This document shows positions 49,583 to 61,558 of a DNA stretch of 64,000 bases, piece by piece. The stretch spans positions 17,989,880 to 18,053,879 of the forward strand of contig OZ316895.1 in the NCBI GenBank assembly GCA_973895155.1, read 5' to 3'. The notes below the pieces were generated by a model, which saw nothing but the letters and a program-made list of their open reading frames with translations, had not been told where the DNA came from and did no database searches. Within the stretch, counting starts at the first letter, position 1. Every line of letters starts with the position of its first letter. The DNA is from Marsupella aquatica. Its lineage: Eukaryota; Plantae; Marchantiophyta. A program made the translations under genes and the position numbers.

Positions 49583-52304
49583 CTAATGCCTGGCACGCTT
49601 GCCAGAGCCACCTGAATGGGAGCGGCCATCCCGCTGCCTTCGGAGCCTGTCATTGTCCGCTTTGAGGAGCTGGACCTGGTCCAGCAGAGATTCGTTCTCT
49701 CGCCTCGCCGCGTCCGTCTCCTCTACTGCCTCCTGACAAGCCTCCTCCAACTGCTGGGCGTCACTTGTCAGTTTTCCCGCCAGCTGGTCCTGCCTCTCGG
49801 CCTCGGTTTGGAGCCGCGCCACCTCGGCCTGCAGCGTGGCTATCTCCGCCGTGTCCCGCTGGGCCCGTTCCTCGGCCTCCTCTAGGTCTTTCTGCCAGGT
49901 GACAGTTTGATTCTTCAAACTGTCAATCTGGTTCCGGAGTCTTGTAATCTCGGCTTCGTTCCCAGCTTTGGCCTGTTCGGCTAGGGCGGTAAGAGCGTGC
50001 GCCTTTGCTAACAACTCATCGGCGGCTGCAACCTTGGGTTGTAGTTGCTGAAGCTCAGCCTCTTGAGCCGCAACTTCGTTCTTTAGATACACGAACTCCA
50101 CCCGGTACCGCTCTATCCTCTGAAGGGCCTCTGACTGGGCCCGACCTGCCTTTACTGCGGCAACCAACTCCTGATTGAAGAAACATGCTACCTTCCAGGC
50201 CATGAACTCCCCAGTATCCCAGGCAATTTGATGAGAGAAATCTCCCAGAAGCCCGTTCAGAAATGTACCCGGTACGAAGAGTTCCGGGTGTTCCAGGTTG
50301 TGCCTGTCCGGAGTTGGGCATGGGCAAACGTCCACACGCGCGGGGGCCGGGGCAGTGACGTCCAGCCCTGGGGACGTAACGTTGGAAGGGGCTGGAGCGT
50401 CCTCCTGTAGCAATGTCCGGTTCTCTGGAATAGCCACCGGTGGGTCTTTGGGAGAACCGGGCTCGGGTAAGACCTCCGCCGTACCGACTTCTGTACTTAG
50501 CCCGGCCTATTGGGTCGCATCAACGGTTGTGACACCCAACCCATCCGGTACCTCCTCGGTTACAACTACAGCTACTTGTGGAGGTGGGGTGGGTGAAGTT
50601 GGCGTGTCCGCTGGACTTCGGGCCTCGGGCTGGGGCCGTCTCTCCAAGGCCAGGAAAACTCACCTAGCTGGGACCAGCTTTGTAACGTTGACACGGGGAA
50701 GGGTTCGTCGATCAAACCGGGCGTACCACTCAAGAATGATCTCGATGTGGCTAGCGAAATACGCCTTCCCGCCAATGTACAGCGTCTTCCTTTGCCGCTC
50801 CATCTCTTCATGGAATTTCTTAGCGAAGTACGACGCCCACCTCCTAGGTCGATAGTTCTGGACCTGGATAACCTGGGCGGCGGAGATCTCCCCCCGGGGT
50901 TCCATCATGTGGAGGGCGTACCTCTGGAACTCCAGTCGCTCAGCTATCGGGGATGAGGCAGGTTTTCATCATGAACCCGTTATCCACTGCTCCCTCTGAG
51001 GGAAAACTTGAAGATTGGTACTTGGCTCCCTTGCCCCTGGGAGCCCGTGATTCGACTCGATGGTCACCTTTGGGTAACCCGAAGATCATCCTGAGCCGTT
51101 CTTCCGTGAGGGACATACTCCTTCCCCGTAGCCGAGTATGTTGACGCGCGTCGTCATAATTCCTGACGAACTCCGTCATGTCCTCCCCGTAGTACCTGCA
51201 AGTGTTCCAGGGGAGGGAGGCGAGGTGCTCGAATCCCTGAGTCTTCAGGTACACTGCATGCTTGGGATGGAGGATGTTTTTGTGAACGTTTTCCCCCATG
51301 CGGTGCATCGTCACCTTGGCCACGGCTACCGTGGCCAATGGTAACCCGGACGCAGTGGCGGATTCCTTCCTCTTCTTCCCCCATGACTGGCTTGGGGAAG
51401 GTGACACCTCCCCATCCTCCCGATCGGGCCTGGGTAGTGCTACTGCCGTTAGTAACGGGCCCGGGTCAGCCACGGTCACCATGTTGTCTGCCGGGGCCGC
51501 TCCTGGGGTCAGAGCAGGGGGTGGGGACGATATAGTATCGGCCCCCTGAGCGCTTGTTCCTCTAGGCCGCCTGGTCAAGGGTAGGGTAGCCTCGTCGTCA
51601 TTGCTAAGATCCACAACGTTGATGACGGATCATACTTGTACTGGCTGGGCGATCGGTGGTGGGGTTTGGCTAGGCTGCGGCTGAGGCTGAAGCTGAAGTT
51701 GAGCCTGAGGTTGTACGGGTACGGGTACGGGTATGGGTACGGGTACGACTGAGTTGGTCATGTTGGTTGCTGGCCGAGTTCCTATGAAGCTCTGCAGGTG
51801 CTGGTAGAAGTTCTCCAAAGCGAGTGCAGACGATCTTGTCAAACGGGTAGTGCTGGACTCGCTGTTAGCCCGAACCTGAGCAGGGATGTGGTCGAAGTGA
51901 TGTCGCTGCAAGTCGATCGTACCCGGGATATTGAAGACCTCGTCCGGAAGCCGAAGCAATGCTTCCCAGAACCCGATATATTTGTCTCCGTTGAAGAAGT
52001 ACCCGGATACCTCTACTGGTCGGTAAAGCTTGCTCTGAGACGGGTAGTCAAAGTTAAGGATGTAGTGGTGTCGTCCTGCTAGGCGGATGGCTCGCTCGTA
52101 CTCGCGTTCGATTTTGTATCGGCGTGGGTTGGCGTGTTTCAATGAGTCGGCCAAGTGCCTTCCGGTAGATAGGAACTGCATCCAAATCGAATGGCCGAGC
52201 TGGAGAGAATCGTGTGCGACATTCAGAGGAGATAGTAGTGGCGACTTAGAGCGAACGAGAGAGCTGGGGTCGAAGTTGGCGCGTGGACTGATGGACTGGT
52301 GCAC
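49583..52304 (-). pseudogene. Family C LTR-encoded protein (~900 codons, several stops/frameshifts)
   Basis: ORFs 51630-52304, 50940-51614, 50660-50908 and 49583-50437. Motif DMTEFVRNY...RGRSMSLTEERLRMIFGLP, C-terminal coiled coil. Confidence 0.8.
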
Positions 52305-52323
52305 TACAAAGGGTTGGCTCCCC

Positions 52324-52331
52324 TTTTATAC
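52324..52331 (-). promoter_or_regulatory. Candidate TATA box of LTR C
   Basis: Minus strand reads ggTATAAAAGgggag, ~360 bp from the LTR start and just upstream of the ORF. Confidence 0.5.
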
Positions 52332-55300
52332 CTTGAGGGCTTGTCGATCCCCCGACGTCTCCTCGACGCCCATAGGCTGAACCGCTCACGCTTGTGGTGT
52401 GCCGGCCACTCCGCCGGTCTGAGTCAGCGCGTGTCAGTGGCCGCTTCCTTAAGTTCGTTATATGGACCCGAGGGAGGGGCCCCTCCACGCTCGTAACCCG
52501 GGTGTGCGAATAGCGACCAGCCGCCAGTCCGAACCTAAATTCCCCCTTATTGCCTAATGATATCCTACCCATAATGATTACCTAAATACTGTCGTTATGC
52601 TAATAATAGCGGTCTAAGACACTCCTAACGCGCGTGCCGAGCGTAGTTAGACCGAATCACTCATTAACCGCCGTACCGGCGGCGTCACACCATGGCTGAA
52701 GCCGGAGGTGCCGGATTCAGACCTATTAGAATTCGTGGGGTCATGGGAACCCGAGACCAATTGCACAAGGATATATGGGAAGGATTTCTATCTTACTCCC
52801 AAGGTGATTGCCGAAGTGTTTGGCTTGCCAATAGGCAATAAGACCAAGGTTGATACCAGGAAGACCTTGCCTGACAAAGAGTTCCGGTCGTTCCCCGGGC
52901 CATCAACGAAGAATGGCTTCTTCCGGAACACCTGCACCAACCCGCACATAGGAGAGATGATAGACTTCTTACGGGTGACCATGCATTGTAACTTGCCGAG
53001 GGCAGAGATTGGCAAGGCACAGGTCTATCTGGCAGAGAGGCCAGACCCAAGCCGGGACTACAACGGGTACCTCCTCAACCAATTGAAGAAAATCTTAAAG
53101 GTGGAGCAGCAGGTAATCGGCATGGGGAGCGTGTCGCGGCTTGGCTATCACATGCCGTTGTTGTGCCGGTATGCCAGAGGTCAGACCTTTGCCCCAGTTT
53201 AGGATTAGGATCAGGACCAGGAGGCGGCCCTAACACTTAGCTTAGTGGGATTGCGGTTCCACTGGTAGGAGCAACACTTGTGCTCCTGCCTTGCTGTACA
53301 TAGGTAGATCCGGGCAGATAGATTACTGTTAGGTAGATTAGGCTTACGCTGCAAAGAATTAGGAGGATCCACTACCAGGATAAGTACCTGGGCAGCGGGG
53401 AGCTCAGGGCCTCTTCTTTAGCAAGTTTTTAGTTTGCACCAGCCGGGCTGGGATCAAGTAGTAAGAGAAGCTCTCGGTTAGTCATACAATGACCCTTGTG
53501 TATATTCATGTTTCCTCATGCCTAAGAGCTGAATAGAGTTGGCCTCACGGCTTAGTTCGCAGAGCTTGTGTATGAGATGTACTGTTTGTATGGCAAGCGC
53601 ATGGTATGACTCAGTCAGAAGGAGTCATTTTGCTATTTGTGTGTCGCATTAACTTGTGTGAAGAGTGCCCACATCAACCAACAGAGGAAGGAAAGTAAGC
53701 AGGGGAGTGAGACTTGGATGTGTCGAGCTGAGAGAGGTCTTAGCGGCTTAACCAAGCCTATTGGGGATCATTCCGGCGGCGGAATCCAAACATACCTAAC
53801 CAGAAGGAGAGGAAGACAAGGGAAGGCCTAGATTAGGCCGGCTACGTATCTCATGACCCGATGAAGGATCTGTCCAGTATATGTGTGTAAAATGTTAATA
53901 GTAGTAGTAGAAGGAGGTTAGCAGCGTCCCATGCCGCTAAGCCGCGGAAACGGCCTCGCCAAGCGCGAAACCTGCAGGAATCGGCTTGCGCTGGGGGGGT
54001 TTCTTGGGTTTAGGGAGCCATGGGACGCACCACACCAGGTCTTCCCCGCTGGAGGACGAGCAGGGTAATGCAGTCCTGTAAGGCCTTGTTGTCCCGCATT
54101 GCCTCCTTCGCCTCGTTTGCAGCTTCATTGGCCTCTGTCTGGAGCCGTGCTACCTCCAGGTTGAGCTTGTTAATGGAGTCGCGATGGGTCTGGTCCTGTG
54201 TCAACAATTTATCCCGTTCGGTGGAGAGACTAGCTACCTGCTGAGCCGCTTGTAGGAATTGGTTGTTGAGGTCGGTCAGGTTGGTAACCCGAGCTGAGGA
54301 TTCCGAGCGCAACTGAAGCATAGTGTCGTCCAGCTTCTTGAGATCCGCTTGTGCCCTGCTTAACTCCTGGGTTAGTCCGTCCCGCTGTTCGATGGTGCGG
54401 ACTAACTCCTCACGGCGGGTAGTGGCCTCCTCCTCGAGGTGTTCTACCAACATTTGGAGGCGCCCGATCTCATTCCCCTTCGCCATGAGTTCTTCTTCCA
54501 AGCGGCTTACGATCCGTGGTTGGTGCTCTAACATGAAGAAGGCTGGTTGAAAGTACACCAAGACTTGTTGTCCGATGTACGTCGCCAGCTCCCCGGATAG
54601 AGTCTGACTAAACTTCTGGACCAGGTCGTAGGCCATGGTCCCTGGGGCTACTTGGTAGTCCTCCATCCTCTCGGGTACCGGTAGTTCCTCAGGCGGGGCA
54701 ACGAGCTCCTCCGTAGTCTGCGCTGGGGAGGGGAAGGTTTCTTCAGGTGGTGGAGGGATTGGAGGTGGTTGTACTGGGGGTAGCGGAGGCTCAACGGAAG
54801 GGGGCGGCGGAATTTCAACCCGGGGAGGTGACGGAGTATTAGTCAGGGCTTCCGGCTCGGGGTTTTCCCAAGGCGAGGTAGTCTGCTCGCTCGGGGTAGC
54901 CTCCTCCGTAGCGGGGGTGACATTAGTCGGGGCTGAGGTGGCCATATTCTTTCCCGTGGCCTCCCGCCGTGCCTTGTACCAGGCGAGGATGATGGCGATA
55001 TGACTTCCCAGGTAAGTCTTCCCCCGGATAGCCATACCTCCCTGAGCCCGATTAAGCTCTCCCGAGAACCTTCGGTAAAAGAATTGGGCCCAGTTCCGCC
55101 GTTTGTACTGTTCCACATGCATGATCGTGCAGAGGGAAATCTTGGATCGTGGCTCAATCATGTGTAGGGTAGTCCGTATGAAGTTAAGCCGCTCCATGCA
55201 GATTAAGTTGGTGCACGACCCCTGCTTGTATCCGTTGTCCATCTTACCTTTGGGTTTGAATTGCCGAGGTGTATACTCCTTATCCCGAATTTGAAGTTCA

Positions 55301-57916
55301 ACCGGCACCGGCCTGGTTGGCAGGCGGAAGATCTGTGCTAACCGATGCTCTGTGAATGATAAGGTCTGCCCTGAAACCTTGATGGTCGATGTGTTGGTGT
55401 TGAAATTGGAGATGAACTCACAAATCTCCTTTGGCCCGGCCGCGCACGGTCTCCATAGCAAGTGAGCGAACAGCTCCAACTGATGCTCCTTGAGATAGTC
55501 CGCGTGGTCGAGTTTCTTGATCACGATCTAGACTACCTCGGGAACGCGGATTACCTGTAATAAGTTAGACTTGGGATTATCCGGGGGCCGTTGGGTCTGG
55601 TTGGACGGGGGGTTTGCCGGGGCAGGTCAGGAGCGGCGTTGGTTCGCGTTGTCAATTCGGGGGCCGACATCGTTCTTGCCCGCTTACGAGAACGCTGCTC
55701 GAGATGCGGACTAACTCGCTCGGAACCCAAGAACACTCGGTGTTGTTCACGGGACGGACTTGGGATTGGTGTGGGGGTACGCCAGTGGTCAACGGCTGAG
55801 GGGCTGGTGGTGTCGGTGTAGCCATATCCTAGCTGAAGGCGTTGGAGCTTTCCCCGAGGAACGTAAGATTACGCGCCGCTTCCCGTTGTCTATTGATGTC
55901 TTCTTGGCGCTTTTCGGCTGTGATCTGCTGGTCTAAGTACCCCGAGATCTTGTCAAACTCCGCTTGAGTAAGCCGCTGGCTGCCCTTCAGCCTAAAGAAC
56001 TTTGCGGGGACTTCAAGAATCGCCTCTGCTACCGATCTAAGCCCTTCCTCACTGAGATATAGCTTGGTGATGTAGTCTCACAGCTCGTTGTAGCTGGAAT
56101 CCCTGGTGATGGTTGTCTTCTCGCAATTAACCTGTGCTACCTTGGCCACCAGCTTTGCGTATCTTTGTTCATAAGTGGCTTTCTCGGGACAAGAGTACCA
56201 GTAAGTCTCGGAGAACTTAGCACCTACCTCGCCAAACAAGGTCCAAAATCCCAAGGCTGTAAGGGTCATACTAACCTTTGTAGTCCGGTTCGTCGAGTCC
56301 GCGTTCCCGCTGTTTGGTCCGCTTACTGGTGGAGGCCTTCCTCGCCCTGACTAAATCTTGCCACAACCCGCTCTTATCCCTTGATGATTTCCTCGTAAAG
56401 GTCAGCTTGATTCGAGCAAGAAGGCAAGAAATTGGCAGCGTCCGCGAATTTTGAAAGGTAGAAATGAGCAAATGGCCCGCAACGCCATCAACTCCTCTCT
56501 TATGGAGGTGCCAGGGTGAGCTCGAGCGTGAGAGGGCCAGGCCGTTTTGGTCGTTGATAATGAGCTGAAGTCAGCGTCTCAGTCCAAGCGTGATTCTTCT
56601 AACGGATTTTTACTCCGCCGCCGCCACCGTACCTTGAGCGAGCGTAATAATCCTATTCCTTAATTCATAATCATTCAGTCAACTAACCTACTCCTAATCT
56701 ATTCATAATGGCAAAAGATAGCTATTCATGCTATTCTACGCTACGGCTACGGTCCTAATGACCGTATAAGACCTAATCTATGACCTGCGTTCGGTTAAGT
56801 GACACGTTATCCGTGTCACACGGAGGAGCCCAAATAGGGCCGCGAGCCAAAGTAGACGGCAGTTGTAACCAAGGATGCCTGGAACAAGCAAAGGGAGCCC
56901 GACAGCCAAGCAAGCCGGGAGGATGGGGCGAGTCCCGGCATAGGGCGGCAAGCCATGGAGGGCTAAGGGGCAGCAAAGAGGGAGGGGAAATTAACTTCCC
57001 CATCCCTGGGGAGGCCTCAGGAGCCGAAGGCAGGCCCATAGGGCCCCAGGCCATTCAAAGGAGGCCATTAAAGCCCGGTAGCAGGTACCAGGTACTTGAG
57101 GGGGAATTAAATCCCCCAAATCCTGGGGCAAACCAAGGCAAGGCGGGGATTTAGCTCCCCCGGTCCTGGGGGAGGCAGGTAAGGGCTTGAAGGAGGGGCA
57201 AAGGACAGGGGATATTAAAAGCCCCCGGGTCCCGAGGAAGCTTGTACGAGGAAGAGAGGGGGGCCTAATAAGAGCTCCCTAGATACGGGAGGCTCCCCAC
57301 ACCTGGGGGAGGCCTCCAAGGGCAGGTGAGTGAGGGGGGAGAATTAAATCCCCCAATCCTGAGGGCAGGTACCGGGCCTGTGGGGAAGCAGGTGCAAACG
57401 GAGGGGGATTAGATTCTCCACATCTCGGGGGGCAGCCAGCCGAGCGCGCGCTAAGAGGGCGGGGCACTTTGGTGACTCCCTCACTTTCTTTTATTTTCCT
57501 CCCTCATCCTGCCTTTTCCCTCACGATGCCAAAAGCTTCCCTCAAAACAACCTCCTTTGTGAAGAAGACCTCTCACTCTCTAGCATTTCCGATGCTTTTC
57601 TAGTTTTTTTCTCAAGCTTGGCATTGAGTTGTGTTGGAGCTCCAGTTGGCACTTCCGTGTGGCGACCTTTGGGGTGCATTGGCAAGTGAACTCAATCGTG
57701 TTACGGGGTCTTTTTTCAGGCCAGGGATTGAATTGGGTTACGGGTGATGGGAGGAATTTTTTGTGAGCTGAACGTGAATAGAGATTGCACATGAATTTGA
57801 GATTGCCGCTGGACAAGCCAAAGTTTAGTGTGGCCTGTATCCGTAGATACAAAGCCATCTATTGAGACTACATTGCATCATGGATTGCGGAGGAGAGAGA
57901 GAAGAGACTAGCAACC

Positions 57917-59398
57917 ATGAGTAACGGACCGTAAACACGTAACACATCCATTGCTAGGAAGGTTTTCCTCAGAGTGTACCCTCGGACTTCTGCTAAGGTG
58001 ATGGAGGAGTGCAAGGAGATATTTCAGGCCTCCGGTATCACAAATTTCATGAGGGTGGAGATCAAAATTCCCCCAAATAAGAGTTGGGACATTTGGGCAA
58101 GAATGGAGTTGCGAATAGAGGGGATATACTTTCAATGCACACGTTGTTTGATCCCCAACATTGAACTAGCCCAAATATTGTTTCTCAATAACCAAGACTT
58201 CTCATTTCAGCCGGTGGATCCACTAGGGGTACTCACATTGGAGAAGCTTGCAGAGGTGGTGTTCAAGGATCCCACCTCCGTAACCAACATTCCCTTCTCA
58301 TCCTTCAGGGAACCAGGGTACAAGGGGTTTGTGGCCAAGATACACCATTGGGTGTTTTGCCGTGGCCAATCCGGAGTGGTAAGTGGGAATCAGTTGGCTA
58401 TTGCCAATGACATCAAATTAAAACCACCCAAAACATGCCTACAGATGGTGGTACTTTGGATTAAAGAAAGTGTTGGCCCTGGATCCCAAGAGTGTGAAAT
58501 CAGGAGAAGTATCCATTTGATGGGATCCTTTCTCTTGGCTAGAGCAAAGGGACTCATCCTCCCACCTGAAGGAGAAACCGTGCCACCCTTCACCATGGAG
58601 ATCCGTACAAGATAACCACGACCATCTTGGGAGACCTGACTAAGGAGTCATTGTTTGAGGCTGCAACAAAGCAGATTACGGAGGAGGACCCTAAGGAGGA
58701 TAGCACGATGGAACGGTTGGAGTCACTTGTGGGGAATCCGGAGGAGCCACTTGATTACAATTTGCCAGACGTATACTTGGCTGAGTTCCAGGATTTCTGC
58801 AAGGGGGTGCATGAGGGGCTGAAGCTATGCCAAACATTGAGAGATGCTCTGAACCAAGCAAACGCCAAGGCGAGGACTTTACAGGTGGATAACCAGGCAT
58901 TGAAGGATGTCATCAAGGCTAAGGAGGAGAGGATCCAAGAGAGGAGTGGATTACTGAAGGAGGCCCAAGTACAAATTTCTCAGTTGCACGTAACATTGTC
59001 CACCAAGACCAAAAAAGCACAGGAGGTGGGAGCCTTGAGGGAGGAGTTAGCTAAGCAGAAGCATACCTCTGGAGAGGTGGAGAAACTGAGGAAATAGATT
59101 ACGGAGCTATAGAGTCAAGTTGGAGTTTTTGAGGCTAGGGCCAAGAGAAGCGATACATTGAGGTTGGGGAAGAGGAAGAGCCCTTGCCCACCTAGTTCCA
59201 CTCTCTTCCCCAATTTGGTTTCAAAAGCCATTGAGATGGTAGTAACGGAGCCAGAAGTACGGACCTATGTTGGAAGCGGCAAGGAAGAGCACGGAGAAGT
59301 GTAAGAGTTTGGAGAAGAGGCTGAGGGAGGCCCGTAAGTCACTACGGGAGGCACAACCAAGCCACAAAGTCACAGGAATGCCAGGGATGCCACCCTGA
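57917..59398 (+). pseudogene. Family D ORF: divergent plant-transposon domain + coiled coil
   Basis: ORFs 57974-58615 and 58627-59097 plus in-frame continuation through stops. Aligns by eye to ORF H. Confidence 0.65.
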
Positions 59399-61157
59399 TC
59401 AATGACCCCGGGAACTCCTATGGCCACTGGCCAGGTCTTGCCATTGGAATTGTGAGGTGGCGAGGAGGCAATGTTGTAGAAGGACACCATTGGTCACGGG
59501 TACATCAAGGCTTAGCGACGTTACGGAAGCAGGGAGCCTCGGGCCAAACATCAGGAAGGATCACCCCGGTGAAGAAGAGGGGAGGAGATGCTGCATCCAC
59601 CCAGGGAGATAGTGAGGCAAGTAATGATTCTCAAGGATGGAGTCCCGACACAATTAGTGAGGCAGAGGAGGATTAGTGGTCGTACGGATGTTGGCCATAC
59701 GGATTTTTTTCCAACATATCTCAAAACCGCCAACTCACATGCTTGTTGGAAGGAGCTTGGGGAGCTGATTTTGGCAAGGTGCGGTGATTCCCAAACAGAG
59801 CCAAGACGGGTAAGTTGTGAGTCTGGGAGTTTTTGTAGTTTTACGGATTGAGACCCCCATAACTTGGCCGTTCGGGATCCGTTTGGGGAACCGTTTACAG
59901 ATCCGTGATCAAGAGGAGCAGGCTAGGGTTGTCCAAGGCTCTCCTCATGGGAGTAGTTTGAATGGTTTTAGGTTTTAACCATGGTAGGGCTCCTTCACTT
60001 TTCATGGGCTACGGATTACGGATTGTTGGTGGCACCGTTGAAGGCACCGTCGGTTCCATACTTAGGTTAGGGTTTTAGGGGGGCATGTGTGTGCCGCATG
60101 TTTTAGGTTAGTGGATTTTGTGAATGGGGTTTTAGCGGCGCCGCTAGGGTAGCCGCCATCGTTTGACCTCATACGTGAGGGGTGCTTTGATGTGGTGGAG
60201 TATTTAGTTGGGAGCCCCATAGTGGAGTTGGGGGGGAACTCAGTTGAGCTTATGTTTGGAGATTAGCATTACATAAGAATAGAGAATCAATAAGGAATAG
60301 TGAGGTGAAGAGATACGCATTGTTCCGTGGAGGAGGCAGGAGTTGGGTGGATTGCAGGAGGCTGGATTGCCCATGCAATGTGTTATGCTGGCCACCAAGA
60401 GATATGGATTCGGTTGTTTCACTGATTTTTGCATGGAGTTGTCTCTCTTTCTTTTCAAGATTTTGTTCATTCTTGGAATGATTGTTTAAAAGATACTTGC
60501 ACGGTTTGGTCGGCTTTGGGAGTGAGAGTGGTGACAACACTTTGCCGAAGGCCATTGAGAAGGCTAGTCCATGGGACTTGATAAAAAATGAGTAGGCTAG
60601 TTCATGGGACTTGATAAAAAATGGAGAACATGCCCAATCAGTAGACTTGATGAAAAAATATATTTTGGGGAGCGGAAACCAATATACTCATCCTTGTATG
60701 TGAATAACCCAAATAGCATCCCTCCACGTTCCCATAATAGGACACAAACAAGTTTAGTAGAAGAAATGTGCAAATTTGTAGCGTAACTCGCCAATCTATT
60801 CATTAAAAGTGAATTATTATTCAATTTCTGAATATTTGGGTAATAGAAAGTGTACATTTGGCTTTCAAAAAGTGTACAAAAGGGCAAGAAATAAAGGTGA
60901 TGGCCATCAAATGTATCACCATGTTCATCCATTGTAAATGAACTAGGATGAGACTCCTTCTAGTAAAGATCATTTTTGTGCCCTCAAGTTTACAATTGAC
61001 AATTTAGGTGTAGAGTATTGTACTATAGTGTACCTTTTGGGGTTAAAAAGTGTACATTTAGAAACCAAAAAATGAACATTTAGAGGTCTAAAAGTGAACA
61101 AAATAAAATACACTTTTAATGAATAGGGTGAGTCGTTAATTTGATAAGCAGATGACA

Positions 61158-61460
61158 AATGCCACAATTGTAAGTAAAACACAGATAGTAGCAAGTTTGA
61201 CAAATGGTGATAATTTTTTTGTGTAGTCCAAACCCTCTTTTTGGTGTACCCTTTGGCCACAAGGCATGCCTTGTAAGTCCCATCCTTTGTTTTCTTGTAC
61301 AACCATCTACACGGAGCCAATGTCGTCCCACAGGGCTTGTCAATTAAGCGCCAAGTTTTATTCTTCTTCAAAGAATTTATCTCCATCCACTTATCTCCAT
61401 CCACTTATCCTTCTCTAGAGAGGCCATAACTTCTTCATAGCTAGAAGGGTCTTCATCCTC
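61158..61460 (-). pseudogene. pol: Copia RT N-terminal part (continuation of 34170-36745)
   Basis: EINSLKKNKTWRL, CRWLYK, YKACLVAKGY, EGLDY...SPFVKLATICVLLTIVA. Confidence 0.85.
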
Positions 61461-61558
61461 AGTGAGCAAAATAACATTGGGATCATCATTGTGCTCAACC
61501 ATGTGAACACAAGGATCTATGTCATTTGTTTATCAAACAAGAACTACGTATATTTCCA

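Larger units (their letters stand above)
48685..52689 (-). mobile_element. Family C probable solo LTR (4,005 bp), ORF-bearing
   Basis: tgtcacgtc...ggcgtcaca with TSD CCATG (48680-48684 / 52690-52694). No gag/pol motifs seen. Confidence 0.88.
47650..54034 (+). mobile_element. Family A solo LTR with C insertion and ~2.3-kb internal deletion near 53198
   Basis: tgtgatgcc...gcaccaca with TSD CCAGG (47645-47649 / 54035-54039). Confidence 0.92.
47566..56269 (-). pseudogene. Family B LTR-encoded protein (split by the A solo LTR)
   Basis: 56078-56269 (N-domain), 54040-55524 (EICEFISNF...TLSFTEHRLAQIFRLP, Pro-rich, coiled coil). Frame continues after the insertion to TAA at 47566-47568. Confidence 0.75.
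37325..56820 (-). mobile_element. Family B probable solo LTR (~3.87 kb net), ORF-bearing
   Basis: tgtcgcgcc...gtgtcaca with TSD CGGAG (37320-37324 / 56821-56825). Own sequence is 37325-37754, 46996-47649 and 54040-56820. Confidence 0.85.
36746..61157 (+). mobile_element. Family D unit (~4.9 kb net; probable ORF-bearing solo LTR)
   Basis: tgtgacc...gatgaca with TSD AATGT/AATGC (1 mismatch). Removing it restores Copia RT TIVAF|YDLE. Own sequence is 36746-37324 + 56826-61157. Confidence 0.75.
33770..61558 (-). mobile_element. Ty1/copia element 3 (3' half), host of the large nest
   Basis: 3' LTR (family E) 33770-34060 with PPT aaggtggagat on minus. RNase H and RT run to 36745, and RT resumes at 61158. 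Confidence 0.85.
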
